Of a stretch of DNA of 64,000 bases, positions 37,887 to 46,192 are shown piece after piece. The position numbers and the translations under genes were made by a program. The notes below the pieces were generated by a model, which saw only the letters and a list, made by a program, of their open reading frames with translations, was not told the origin of the DNA and ran no database searches. Numbering within the stretch: the stretch's first letter is position 1; each line of letters starts with the position of its first letter. Origin of the DNA: Elusimicrobiota bacterium (lineage in GTDB: Bacteria; Elusimicrobiota; Elusimicrobia; UBA1565; UBA9628); NCBI GenBank assembly GCA_044450965.1, contig JBIOJO010000013.1, positions 1,853 through 65,852 on the forward strand, written 5' to 3'.

Positions 37887-38299
37887 GCCCGCTTCGAGCG
37901 CAGGTGGAATAAAAACGGCGCCAGCAGGACGGCGCCCAGCCAGGTGTGCACGAACGCCGCTCCTGATCGCGTCGTCTCGTCGACGGCGTAAAACAACACG
38001 GGGACGGTCAGGAAAAGAATCCCGAAGCAGGCGAGCAAAGTCACGCCGCTTTTCTTCTTTTTGCGCTGCTTGAGGCCGGGCTCCACGTGAACGCTCCAAA
38101 GATAGCCGAAGAGAACCAAGAAGATTAAACCGGCGATCGAGTGCGCGTGCAGGACGGTCGGCTTCCAAGGCGAGGGCTGGGGGCCGTAGCCTTCGTCGGT
38201 CATCATCCATTTCGCCAGCGCCCAAACGACGAGGCCGGAGGCGTACAGAAACGCCGAAGTCCACAGCAGGACGGATTTAAAACGGCGATCCAGCTTCAT
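37883..38299 (-). CDS. 4-TM His-rich membrane protein, candidate di-heme b-type cytochrome (DUF4405-like)
   Basis: Four TM helices each bearing a conserved-position His (LHAHSIAG, WSVHVE, FVHTWLG, LFHLRS). Confidence 0.35.
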   Translation of the reverse strand: MKLDRRFKSVLLWTSAFLYASGLVVWALAKWMMTDEGYGPQPSPWKPTVLHAHSIAGLIFLVLFGYLWSVHVEPGLKQRKKKKSGVTLLACFGILFLTVPVLFYAVDETTRSGAAFVHTWLGAVLLAPFLFHLRSKRA

Positions 38300-38808
38300 T
38301 TCGCGGGAGCCTCGTTTATAACGCGATGAACGGCGAGGACGCGCCTCACCCCGCGCGTGACGGCCTCGGACGTGATGCTGGCGCCGGTGATGTTGCGCAG
38401 TCCGCGGCGGACCAGGAGCTCGTCGTTCAGCGGCTTGCCCGCGAACTGGCCCAGCCATTTCTTCGGGGCCTGGTATTCGTCGGGCTCCGCGAAGGACAGG
38501 ATCTCCACGAAGCGCACGGTCGCGTCCGGATCCACGGCCACCATGAAGGTCTCGTTCATCGTCCGGACCTTGTGGGACTCGAAGTAGGCCGTGCCGACGA
38601 CGCCCTTCGTGGACGTCCCGACGTAGTAGGTCCAGACCTTGGAGTCGAGCTTCGATCCCGAGTCCTTCTCCACGGCGGAGGCCTGGGCATCGGTCAGGAA
38701 CGCGGTGCGGCGTTCGACCCTCACGCCTTCGGGGAAGGCCAAAGCCAACGCCTCCTTCTGCGTGAGCAGGACCTTCGCCGCGGCGCTCGCGGGGACGAAC
38801 GCCGTCAC
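38296..38808 (-). CDS. FMN-binding domain protein (RnfG/NqrC-like FMN_bind), substrate for ApbE flavinylation
   Basis: RNITGASITSEAV matches the covalent-FMN attachment motif D/N-x-x-[ST]-G-A-[ST]; N-terminal signal/anchor; start codon uncertain (GTG). Confidence 0.55.
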   Translation of the reverse strand: MTAFVPASAAAKVLLTQKEALALAFPEGVRVERRTAFLTDAQASAVEKDSGSKLDSKVWTYYVGTSTKGVVGTAYFESHKVRTMNETFMVAVDPDATVRFVEILSFAEPDEYQAPKKWLGQFAGKPLNDELLVRRGLRNITGASITSEAVTRGVRRVLAVHRVINEAPAK

Positions 38809-38816
38809 GAACAGCC

Positions 38817-40133
38817 CTAAAATATATATCCGACGCCGAGGTTCCACTGGTTCACTCCCGTATGCGCCTGGTTGAGCTTCCACTGCTGGTCCAGCTTGAG
38901 CACGACTTGAGGGATCGGCTTGTACGTCAGGCCGAGCGTGTATTCGACGCGGCTGTTCGCGGGGTCCTTCGCGTCGCCGGCCGGCACCCGCCACTGCGTA
39001 TCATAGCGTTCGTACCGGAAGAAGGGCGCGAGCGATTGGCCCTTCGGGTTCGGAACCAAGGTCAAGACGTCGTACGCCGCCTCGGCGTACCCGCCGAACA
39101 GGCGGCGGCCGATGGACTGGTTCCCGGCGAAGCCCTGAGCGACGTCCAGATTCGCCGCGTTGCCTATCGTTCCCTCCGCGTAAAGCCCGCGCACGGATGC
39201 GCCCCGCCATTGCGCCTCGGCGTGCGCTTCCCACAGCGTCACCGGCACGCTCGCGGAGGAATTGCCTCGGTCGGCGCGGCCCAGGTACAGTCCCGCTCCG
39301 GCCTTCACGCCCGGAGCCGCGGCCCAATCGACCCGCGACGCCCAGGCCAAGTCGTCGGCCGGGCTGTTCGCGCCTTCGGTGCTGGAGCCGCGGAGGCCGT
39401 TCGCGGCGGTGAAGCCGTCGGACGCGGGCGCCGCCGTTTTGGCGGCGCTCAGGGCCGCGAGCGCGTAGGTCCGGTACGAGACCGGGCCCCATTCTCCGAA
39501 GACCCCCGCGCCGTTCTCATGCCATGTCGACGGGATGATCACGGTTTCCACGCCGGGGCGGTTGACCCCGTGGAACGCGGTCGGCTCGTGCACCTCGTTG
39601 ACGAGGCCGAGGGGGACGATCACGTGGCCGACGCGGGCGCCGAATTCCTTCCAAGGCCGGAACTCGATGTACGCCTGCTCCACGCCGATCTCTCCCCGGT
39701 TCTCGTCGGCCTGCCCGGTTCCCGCGTGCTCGACCTCGAACTCGGAGTTGAACAGGATCCAGTCGTTGAACTTATAGCCGGTGTAGAGGACGAAACGCCG
39801 CAGATCGAAGGTCTTCTTGAGGCCGGAGGCGTCGCCGTTCTGCCGGCTCCGCGACGGCGCAAGATAGACGAACTCTCCGTAGCCGCCGAACGAAATCTTG
39901 TCGGGGCGGACGCCGTAAATCTTCGACGCCGACGGCCCGAAGCCGGGTTGGGACGAGGGGGCGGGGGCTTCGGCCGCGTCGCCCAGCTTGAGCGTCTCGA
40001 TTTCCTGGGTCAGGGCGTCGACCTTCCGCTCCAGTTCGGTCAATTGGGACCTTTGCGAGTCGTCGGCGCGGGCGAACGGGGCGGCGGTCAGCGGAACGGC
40101 GGCGGTTAAGACGGCGGCGAAAAGGCGCTTCAT
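38817..40133 (-). CDS. outer-membrane beta-barrel protein (porin-like) with an N-terminal coiled coil
   Basis: Signal peptide, alternating amphipathic beta strands, C-terminal ...GVGYIF aromatic terminus. Confidence 0.5.
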   Translation of the reverse strand: MKRLFAAVLTAAVPLTAAPFARADDSQRSQLTELERKVDALTQEIETLKLGDAAEAPAPSSQPGFGPSASKIYGVRPDKISFGGYGEFVYLAPSRSRQNGDASGLKKTFDLRRFVLYTGYKFNDWILFNSEFEVEHAGTGQADENRGEIGVEQAYIEFRPWKEFGARVGHVIVPLGLVNEVHEPTAFHGVNRPGVETVIIPSTWHENGAGVFGEWGPVSYRTYALAALSAAKTAAPASDGFTAANGLRGSSTEGANSPADDLAWASRVDWAAAPGVKAGAGLYLGRADRGNSSASVPVTLWEAHAEAQWRGASVRGLYAEGTIGNAANLDVAQGFAGNQSIGRRLFGGYAEAAYDVLTLVPNPKGQSLAPFFRYERYDTQWRVPAGDAKDPANSRVEYTLGLTYKPIPQVVLKLDQQWKLNQAHTGVNQWNLGVGYIF

Positions 40134-40984
40134 GGATGGCTTCCTTTTATAGCGGAGGTGGAGACGGCGGTGAAGAAGGATCGTCCCGGGAAGGACGGGG
40201 GCGTGCGGCCCAGGACGTAGAGGGCGGTGGACCAGGCGTCGGCGTCGGTCGCGCTCGGGAGAACCGCGGTGGCCTGGACGGCGCGGCGTACCGGGAGGCC
40301 GTCGAACGGTGAGGCGATGTGTCCGGGCCGCTCGGAATCGCCGGAGGTGGAAACCGAGGCGTTCCGCACGGTCAGCGGCTCGTCCCGGCCGGGCAGCGCG
40401 ACCGACCAATCGCCGCCGTCTTCCGCCGTTCCGAGCGCCATTATTTGTCCGCCGAAGTTGATGAAGGCGTTGGCGATGCCTTTCGCGCGCAGAACCTCGC
40501 CGGCGCGGTCCAGCGCCCAGCCCTTTCCGATCCCGCCGAAGTCCAGGCCCATGCCGGACTGAGGAAGCTCGATGGTTCCGGCCGCCGGGTCCAGCCGCAC
40601 CTTCGACCAGCCGATCAGGGGCAAGGCGGCGGGCCCGCGCCGGAGGACGGGCAGGATCGCCGGATCGAAGGCGCCGCCGGTCTCCCGGGCCAGGCGCAGG
40701 GCGGCTTCGGTCTGCGCGTACAGGCCGGGGGAGGCGCGGAACGGCCCTCGCCCGGCGGAAGCGTTCAGCGCGTTGAGCTCGCTTTCCTTTTTATAGAGAC
40801 TCAAGACGCGGTCCCAATGGTCGATCTCGTCGAACGCCGCGGCGACCGCGGCGCCGGCGCCGTCGCCCCGGGCTTCGATCGAGCAGAAGGTGCCCATCAG
40901 CCAGCGCGTGCGGGCGATTTTGCTCTCCGCGGCGTCCGCTCCGGCCGCGCCGAGCGTCAGCGCCGACATGACCAGGGCGGCCAT
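40130..40984 (-). CDS. apbE: FAD:protein FMN transferase, ApbE family
   Basis: ApbE signature LDFGGIGKGWALD and overall ApbE length; signal peptide. Confidence 0.8.
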   Translation of the reverse strand: MAALVMSALTLGAAGADAAESKIARTRWLMGTFCSIEARGDGAGAAVAAAFDEIDHWDRVLSLYKKESELNALNASAGRGPFRASPGLYAQTEAALRLARETGGAFDPAILPVLRRGPAALPLIGWSKVRLDPAAGTIELPQSGMGLDFGGIGKGWALDRAGEVLRAKGIANAFINFGGQIMALGTAEDGGDWSVALPGRDEPLTVRNASVSTSGDSERPGHIASPFDGLPVRRAVQATAVLPSATDADAWSTALYVLGRTPPSFPGRSFFTAVSTSAIKGSHP

Positions 40985-41057
40985 TTTCTTATTGATAAGC
41001 GATTTCAACAAGGAAAAGATAGCACACCTCTTATTGAAATACAATATCAATAAGAAA

Positions 41058-41094
41058 ACGGGCAAAAAGAAGGCCCGCCTCGCGGCGGGCCTTC
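41058..41094 (-). terminator. Rho-independent terminator after the dsbA-like gene
   Basis: GAAGGCCCGCC tcgc GGCGGGCCTTC followed on the minus strand by TTTTTGCCCGTTTTCTT. Confidence 0.6.
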
Positions 41095-41106
41095 GGCATG
41101 GGCGCT

Positions 41107-41877
41107 TTAGACGCCCAGCTTCGTGATGATCTTGTCGAACTCCTCGGGCGGGTAGGCGCCGCGCAGCGGAACGCCGTTGATCAGGAAGCCCGGCGTGCCG
41201 GAGAAGCCGAACGAGTGGGCTTCCTTCATGTCGGCCTCGATCTTCGCCTTCACGGCGTCGCTGGTCCGGTCGGCGTCGGCCTTCTTGACGTCCAGGCCCA
41301 GGTCCTTGACGACCTTGCGGAAGTACTCGTCGCCGATCTGGCCCTGGTTCTGGAACATCTTGTCCTGGAAGATCCAGGCCTTGTCGGGGCTCTGGATCGC
41401 CACGGCCTCGAACCACTGGGCGGCCGGCATGGCCAGGTGATGGATCGCGACCAGAGGCAGGTTCTTGTAGATGAAGCGCATCTTCGGACCGTACTTCTGG
41501 CGGACCTGCTCGAGGACCTGGTAGCCGCGGGCGCAATAGGGGCACTCGAAGTCGGAGTACTCGACGACCGTGATCGGCGCGTTCTTGTCGCCGCGGATCC
41601 GCGTCTTGTCGTCGATGACGGGCTTGTAGGGATTCTTGAAGGCGTTCTCGAGGTCCTTCTTCTCCTGCTCCTCCGCTTCCTTCTGCTTCTTCATCTGGTA
41701 GTCGGCCTGGGCGTCCACGACGACCTCGAAGAACGCGGCCTTGTCGGCCTTCTTCAGGGCGGCGAGCACCAGGTCGGGGTTCGCTTCAAGAGCTTTCTTG
41801 AGTTCGTCGCGGGTGATCGCGGCGAAAGACGGGGAGGCGATCAGCGCGCAAAGGACGGCGGCGACGATTCGATTCAT
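41107..41877 (-). CDS. DsbA-family thiol:disulfide oxidoreductase
   Basis: Signal peptide; active site CPYC; thioredoxin fold length. Confidence 0.8.
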   Translation of the reverse strand: MNRIVAAVLCALIASPSFAAITRDELKKALEANPDLVLAALKKADKAAFFEVVVDAQADYQMKKQKEAEEQEKKDLENAFKNPYKPVIDDKTRIRGDKNAPITVVEYSDFECPYCARGYQVLEQVRQKYGPKMRFIYKNLPLVAIHHLAMPAAQWFEAVAIQSPDKAWIFQDKMFQNQGQIGDEYFRKVVKDLGLDVKKADADRTSDAVKAKIEADMKEAHSFGFSGTPGFLINGVPLRGAYPPEEFDKIITKLGV

Positions 41878-42380
41878 GAGGGTCTCCTGTTCAGAAGGCT
41901 GAGAATATCATTTTCCACGGCGCGCGCGTCCAGCGGGCCCACGTAGCGCCGCACGATTCCTCCGTCCGGGGCGATCAGGAACGTCGTCGGCAGCATGTGG
42001 ATCGCGTAGGCGTCCATCGTCTTGCGGTCGGCGTAGAGGATCGGGTATTTGAGACCGTATTTCGCGGCGAAAGGGGGGACGACCTTGGCCGCGTCGTCGT
42101 CCACGCTCACGGAGAGCATCTCGAAGCGGTCGCCCAGGTCCGAACGGCGCAGCTCCAGGAGCGCGGGGATCTCGTCCTTGCAGGAGTCGCACCAGGTGGC
42201 CCAGAAATTGAGGAGAACGACGCGCCCTTTCCGGGAGGACAAGGTGATCGTCTTGCCTTCGGGGGACGTCAGGGCGAAATCCGTCGCGAGGCCGGTGGAG
42301 TCCCCGCCGCGGCACGCGGACAGGGCGCCGACCGCCAGCGCGGCCAGGACGAAGAGGCGGGATCGGGAGAAGATGGTCAT
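41874..42380 (-). CDS. TlpA/ResA-like redoxin lipoprotein
   Basis: Lipobox ALSACRG; WATWCDSCK CxxC motif. Confidence 0.75.
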   Translation of the reverse strand: MTIFSRSRLFVLAALAVGALSACRGGDSTGLATDFALTSPEGKTITLSSRKGRVVLLNFWATWCDSCKDEIPALLELRRSDLGDRFEMLSVSVDDDAAKVVPPFAAKYGLKYPILYADRKTMDAYAIHMLPTTFLIAPDGGIVRRYVGPLDARAVENDILSLLNRRPS

Positions 42381-42392
42381 CGCTTCAATTAT

Positions 42393-42438
42393 AGGAAAAG
42401 AACCGCCGCCTCCCGGCCTTGCGGCCGGAAGGCGGCGG
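42393..42438 (-). terminator. Rho-independent terminator after the tetR gene
   Basis: CCGCCGCCTCCCGGCC ttgc GGCCGGAAGGCGGCGG with a T-rich tail on the minus strand. Confidence 0.5.
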
Positions 42439-42448
42439 CTTAAACGGG

Positions 42449-43090
42449 TTAGCACCCGCAGGGAGTCTTCGGACCCATGGTATTATCCCTCCTATTTTCG
42501 GCTTGATGCTGCTCCAGAACCGAGCGGGCGATTCCGCCGACCCGCTTGAAAATCTTCGAGTCCCTCTGGGAGCGCGTCAGCATGATCGCTCCCTCGTACA
42601 TCGCGACGATGGACTCCGCGGCCGCCTTCGAGTCCAGCGTCGGTCGGAAATATCCCGACTTCTTGAGCCGTTCCAGGCATTCCGCGATGCTGGACGCCCA
42701 TTCCGCGAAGAAGCCGCCGACCCGCTCGCGGAAGACCTCGTCCTTGTCGCTCATCTCCAGCGCGATGTTGCCGACGAAGCAGCCCGCCTTGCAGCCGATG
42801 CCCTGGAAGAACTTCGCGCCCTCGTCGAACATCGCCTCGACGGCCTGCTCCGGCGCCGCGTGGCCGCACAAAGGCTCCACCCGGGTCCGGAATTCGTTGA
42901 TCTTGTAGTCCAGCACGGCCAACGCCAGCTGCGACTTCGAGCCGTAGTGATGAAAGAGGTTCGCCTTCGTCATCCCGCTGGCCTTGGCGATCTCGTCCAT
43001 GCAGGCGGCGCCGTATCCTTTGAGATGGATGACGTGCTCCGCTTGCTGGAGGATGCGCTCTCGGACCGCGAGGTCTGGCTTTCGTCCCAT
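42449..43090 (-). CDS. TetR/AcrR family transcriptional regulator
   Basis: N-terminal HTH GYGAACMDEIAKASGMTKANLFHHYGSK. Confidence 0.75.
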   Translation of the reverse strand: MGRKPDLAVRERILQQAEHVIHLKGYGAACMDEIAKASGMTKANLFHHYGSKSQLALAVLDYKINEFRTRVEPLCGHAAPEQAVEAMFDEGAKFFQGIGCKAGCFVGNIALEMSDKDEVFRERVGGFFAEWASSIAECLERLKKSGYFRPTLDSKAAAESIVAMYEGAIMLTRSQRDSKIFKRVGGIARSVLEQHQAENRRDNTMGPKTPCGC

Positions 43091-43152
43091 AATTGATTGA
43101 CTGACCGTCCGGTCAAAGAATAACACGAATCGGAAAGTTTGTCAAGCCTTCT

Positions 43153-44241
43153 TTATCCGATCGGCGTCACGCCGATGCCGCGGCGGACGGGGGCCAGGTC
43201 GTAGACGCCGCCGCGCGCGATTCTCAGTCCGCGCGTCGGGTCGCGTTTGAGCCACAGCGGCGTGTCCAGGTCCACCACGCCGAACCCGCCGACGCCCGCC
43301 GCGAAATGGGCGGCGCAGGCCATCGCCAGGGAGGTTTCGATCATGCCCCCGATCATCAGGCCCAATCCCCCGGCGCGGGCGATCAGCGCGCAGTCCCAGG
43401 CCTCGAGTATCCCCATCTTCATCAGCTTCAGATTGAGCACGGAAACGGCTCCGCTCCGCGTCAGCCCCAGCGCGTCGGCGCGGCCGCGCACCGACTCGTC
43501 GGCCGCGACGGGGACCCCGCCCAAACGGGCGACGCGGGCCAGGCCGTCCCAATCGTCCGCGGCGGCCGGCTGCTCGAACTGGGCGATGCGCAGGCCGCGT
43601 TTCCTCAATAGACGGAGCAGCTGGAGGGATTCCCGCGGCCCGTATCCCTGATTGGCGTCGAGCATCAAGGTGAAGCGCGGGTCCACCGCCGCCACCGCCG
43701 CCACGCGCGCCGCGTCCGACTCTGGGTCCTTTCCGACCTTGATCTTGACCGTGCGCACGCCGAACGCGCGGATGCGCCGGGCGGCCGCCGCCGCGGCCTC
43801 CGGAGGCAGGATGGTGACGGTGACGTCGCTGGTCACGCGGGTTTCCGCGCCGCCGAACAGCGCGCGCAGCGGAAGACCCGCGCGGCGCGTCCAGGCGTCG
43901 AGCAGGGCCATGCCCAGCGCGGCGCGCGCGGCGCCGGCGCCCTTCGGCAGCGCGTCCTCCAGTTCGACCAGGCGCGGACGCCAGGCCGCGCCGTCCCGGC
44001 CCAGCCACGCGCGTCCGGCCCGGCGGATCGCGGTCAGCGCGCCGGCGGCCGTTTCGCCGTTGAAGGCGGTCAGGGGGGACGCCTCGCCGTGGCCCACGGT
44101 GCCGTCCTTGAGCGTCAGGCGCACGAAAACTCCGGCGTGCTCGTGGGCCGTTCCGCCCGCGATCTCGAAGGATTCGGCCAGCTCGGAAATGAACGGCCGC
44201 GCCGCGACGTCGGCGATCTCGGCCCCGCCGGCCCGGCTCAT
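43153..44241 (-). CDS. enolase-superfamily enzyme (mandelate racemase/muconate lactonizing family, dipeptide epimerase-like)
   Basis: KIKVG, LMLDANQGY, EQP metal-binding/catalytic motifs. Confidence 0.7.
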   Translation of the reverse strand: MSRAGGAEIADVAARPFISELAESFEIAGGTAHEHAGVFVRLTLKDGTVGHGEASPLTAFNGETAAGALTAIRRAGRAWLGRDGAAWRPRLVELEDALPKGAGAARAALGMALLDAWTRRAGLPLRALFGGAETRVTSDVTVTILPPEAAAAAARRIRAFGVRTVKIKVGKDPESDAARVAAVAAVDPRFTLMLDANQGYGPRESLQLLRLLRKRGLRIAQFEQPAAADDWDGLARVARLGGVPVAADESVRGRADALGLTRSGAVSVLNLKLMKMGILEAWDCALIARAGGLGLMIGGMIETSLAMACAAHFAAGVGGFGVVDLDTPLWLKRDPTRGLRIARGGVYDLAPVRRGIGVTPIG

Positions 44242-45281
44242 GGAAGCTGAGTCACGGTGCAGGCGTCGGCGAAGGAGAAGCCGTAGACCCCGCCGCCCTT
44301 GCTTCCGGGAATCACGTCCAGCTCGTGCGGCTTGTCGCCGGCGTCTCGCGCCAGATCGTACAGGCGCTCGCTGTCGGCCAGGACGAAGCTGCGGCCGTCT
44401 TCGTCGTAGCGGATGTCCCGGCCCGCGATGCCCTCGTACAGCCACTGCTGATCGCGTTTGATGAAGAATTTCGTCTTCTGGCCCGGCGCCGGGGCCAGGA
44501 CCGCCATCGCCTGCGGCGCGACGTAGACGACGCGCACGAGGGCGCTTTGGTCGTCGTTGCTCTTCGCCAGGCGCAGGCCGTCCGGTTCGGTGTCCCACTT
44601 TCCCAGAATGGAGAGCTCTCCCTGGCGGGAATCCACGAGCAGGAGCTTCTTGGCGGGGTCCATCTCCGCCTTCAGCATGCGCGTCTTGGCGCGCGCGCCC
44701 ATGTCGACGTCCGGTGTCGCGTGGCCGCACTCGGTGCGCTGCGGCTCGGGCGAATCGACAGGCGGGGGGAGGGGATCGGTCGTCAAATCGTACAAGGCGT
44801 CGCGGATTTCGCCCTCGAATTCGGCGTATCCGCCTTCGCCCAGATGGTCGAAGACGATCTTGCCCTTGCGGTCCAGCAGGTACAGCGCGGGCCAGCCGTC
44901 GTTCCCGTAGGCCTTCCAAAGCTTCCGGTCGTTGTCCAGGATCACGGGGAAGTCGATCCCGATGCGCTTGAGCTGGGTCCGGCCCCAGACCGCGTCCTTT
45001 TGGATCTCAAGATCCGGAGTCACCACGCCGATGACCATCAGCTGCCTCAACGCGTAGCGGTCGAACCAGGCTTCCAACGTGGGCAGAAGGCGGATCGAAT
45101 GCAGTCCGGTCGGATTCAAGAAGACGACCAGGACGATCTTGCGGTCGCGCATCATGGCCAAGGACAGGGGCTTGGCGTTCACCCAGGCGGCGCCCGGCGG
45201 AAACTCGGGGGCGGGAGGCGTGATGGGACGCATGGCGGCGGCGGGCGCGCACAGCAGAACGGCGAGCGCGAGAGCCTTCAC
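44238..45281 (-). CDS. secreted protein with an N-terminal thioredoxin-like (redoxin) fold lacking CxxC, plus a C-terminal domain
   Basis: Signal peptide; KIVLVVFLNPTGLHS...GWPALYLLDRKGKIV resembles a redoxin fold. Confidence 0.35.
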   Translation of the reverse strand: MKALALAVLLCAPAAAMRPITPPAPEFPPGAAWVNAKPLSLAMMRDRKIVLVVFLNPTGLHSIRLLPTLEAWFDRYALRQLMVIGVVTPDLEIQKDAVWGRTQLKRIGIDFPVILDNDRKLWKAYGNDGWPALYLLDRKGKIVFDHLGEGGYAEFEGEIRDALYDLTTDPLPPPVDSPEPQRTECGHATPDVDMGARAKTRMLKAEMDPAKKLLLVDSRQGELSILGKWDTEPDGLRLAKSNDDQSALVRVVYVAPQAMAVLAPAPGQKTKFFIKRDQQWLYEGIAGRDIRYDEDGRSFVLADSERLYDLARDAGDKPHELDVIPGSKGGGVYGFSFADACTVTQLP

Positions 45282-46168
45282 TCCTCGTCTCCCGCTTCGC
45301 GCCCGGTCAGCGCGATCTCGACCAGGGCGGAGAGACGCTCGGCGCGCTCGACGGAGCCGGTCTTTTGATAGATGGAGAGCAGGTTGCGCATCATGCGCGC
45401 CAGAATCTCTCGGGGACCGCAGGGCTTCAGGTACTCCTCCCGGAATTCGTAGCCGTTGCGCACCAGCATGCGTTTGACCTCGTGGCCGTCCATCAGCTTG
45501 CCCGAGCGGAACGCGTCCAGGTAGCGCGCCTCGCCCTCCTCGCGGAAGCCGAGCAGGAAATGCCCCGGGGTTCCGACTCCGTAGATGGGGAGCTTCAGGC
45601 GCTTGGCCGCCAGCAGGTAGAGGACCGAGAGGGAGACGGGGATTCCGCGGCGGGTGTCGATCACGCGGGTCAGGGCGGAATTGTCGGGATCGTAGTAATT
45701 CGCCTCGTTGCCGGCGAAGCCCATGGATTGGAACAGGTGGGCGGACAGGAGGCGGGCCGACTCGGTGACGGACGCCTCGTACGGGATCTCGTCGTCCACG
45801 GCGGCCGCCACGCGGTCCAGCCAGCGGCCGTACACGGCGGGATCGGCGCCGGGGCGGATGAAGCGCGAGAGAAGGAAGGAGCCGGTTTCCAGATCCGGGA
45901 CGCGTTGGGCGGCCAAGGAGAGGAAATCGCGCTTCAGGTCCTGGAAGCGCAGTTCCTCGGCCATCTCGTCGAAGCGCGCGGCCAGCTCCGGCTCGGAGAC
46001 CGCGCGCGCGGCTTCCAGGAACGGGATGGCGGGGGCGCCCACGTCGAGCAGGCGGCGGCGGACCATTTCCAGGCTGCGCGGGTCCTCGTCGTCGAGGAGA
46101 TCCACGAGACTGCGCAGGGCGCTGTCGTCCAGGCTCACGCGGGCATTGTAGCGGTAGCGTGTTGCCAT
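45278..46168 (-). CDS. transglutaminase-like / SirB1 (UPF0162) family protein
   Basis: GVGTPGHFLLGF block and C-terminal TPR-like helices. Confidence 0.45.
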   Translation of the reverse strand: MATRYRYNARVSLDDSALRSLVDLLDDEDPRSLEMVRRRLLDVGAPAIPFLEAARAVSEPELAARFDEMAEELRFQDLKRDFLSLAAQRVPDLETGSFLLSRFIRPGADPAVYGRWLDRVAAAVDDEIPYEASVTESARLLSAHLFQSMGFAGNEANYYDPDNSALTRVIDTRRGIPVSLSVLYLLAAKRLKLPIYGVGTPGHFLLGFREEGEARYLDAFRSGKLMDGHEVKRMLVRNGYEFREEYLKPCGPREILARMMRNLLSIYQKTGSVERAERLSALVEIALTGREAGDEE

Positions 46169-46192
46169 TTCAAGGCTAGAGGGACCGGGAAT

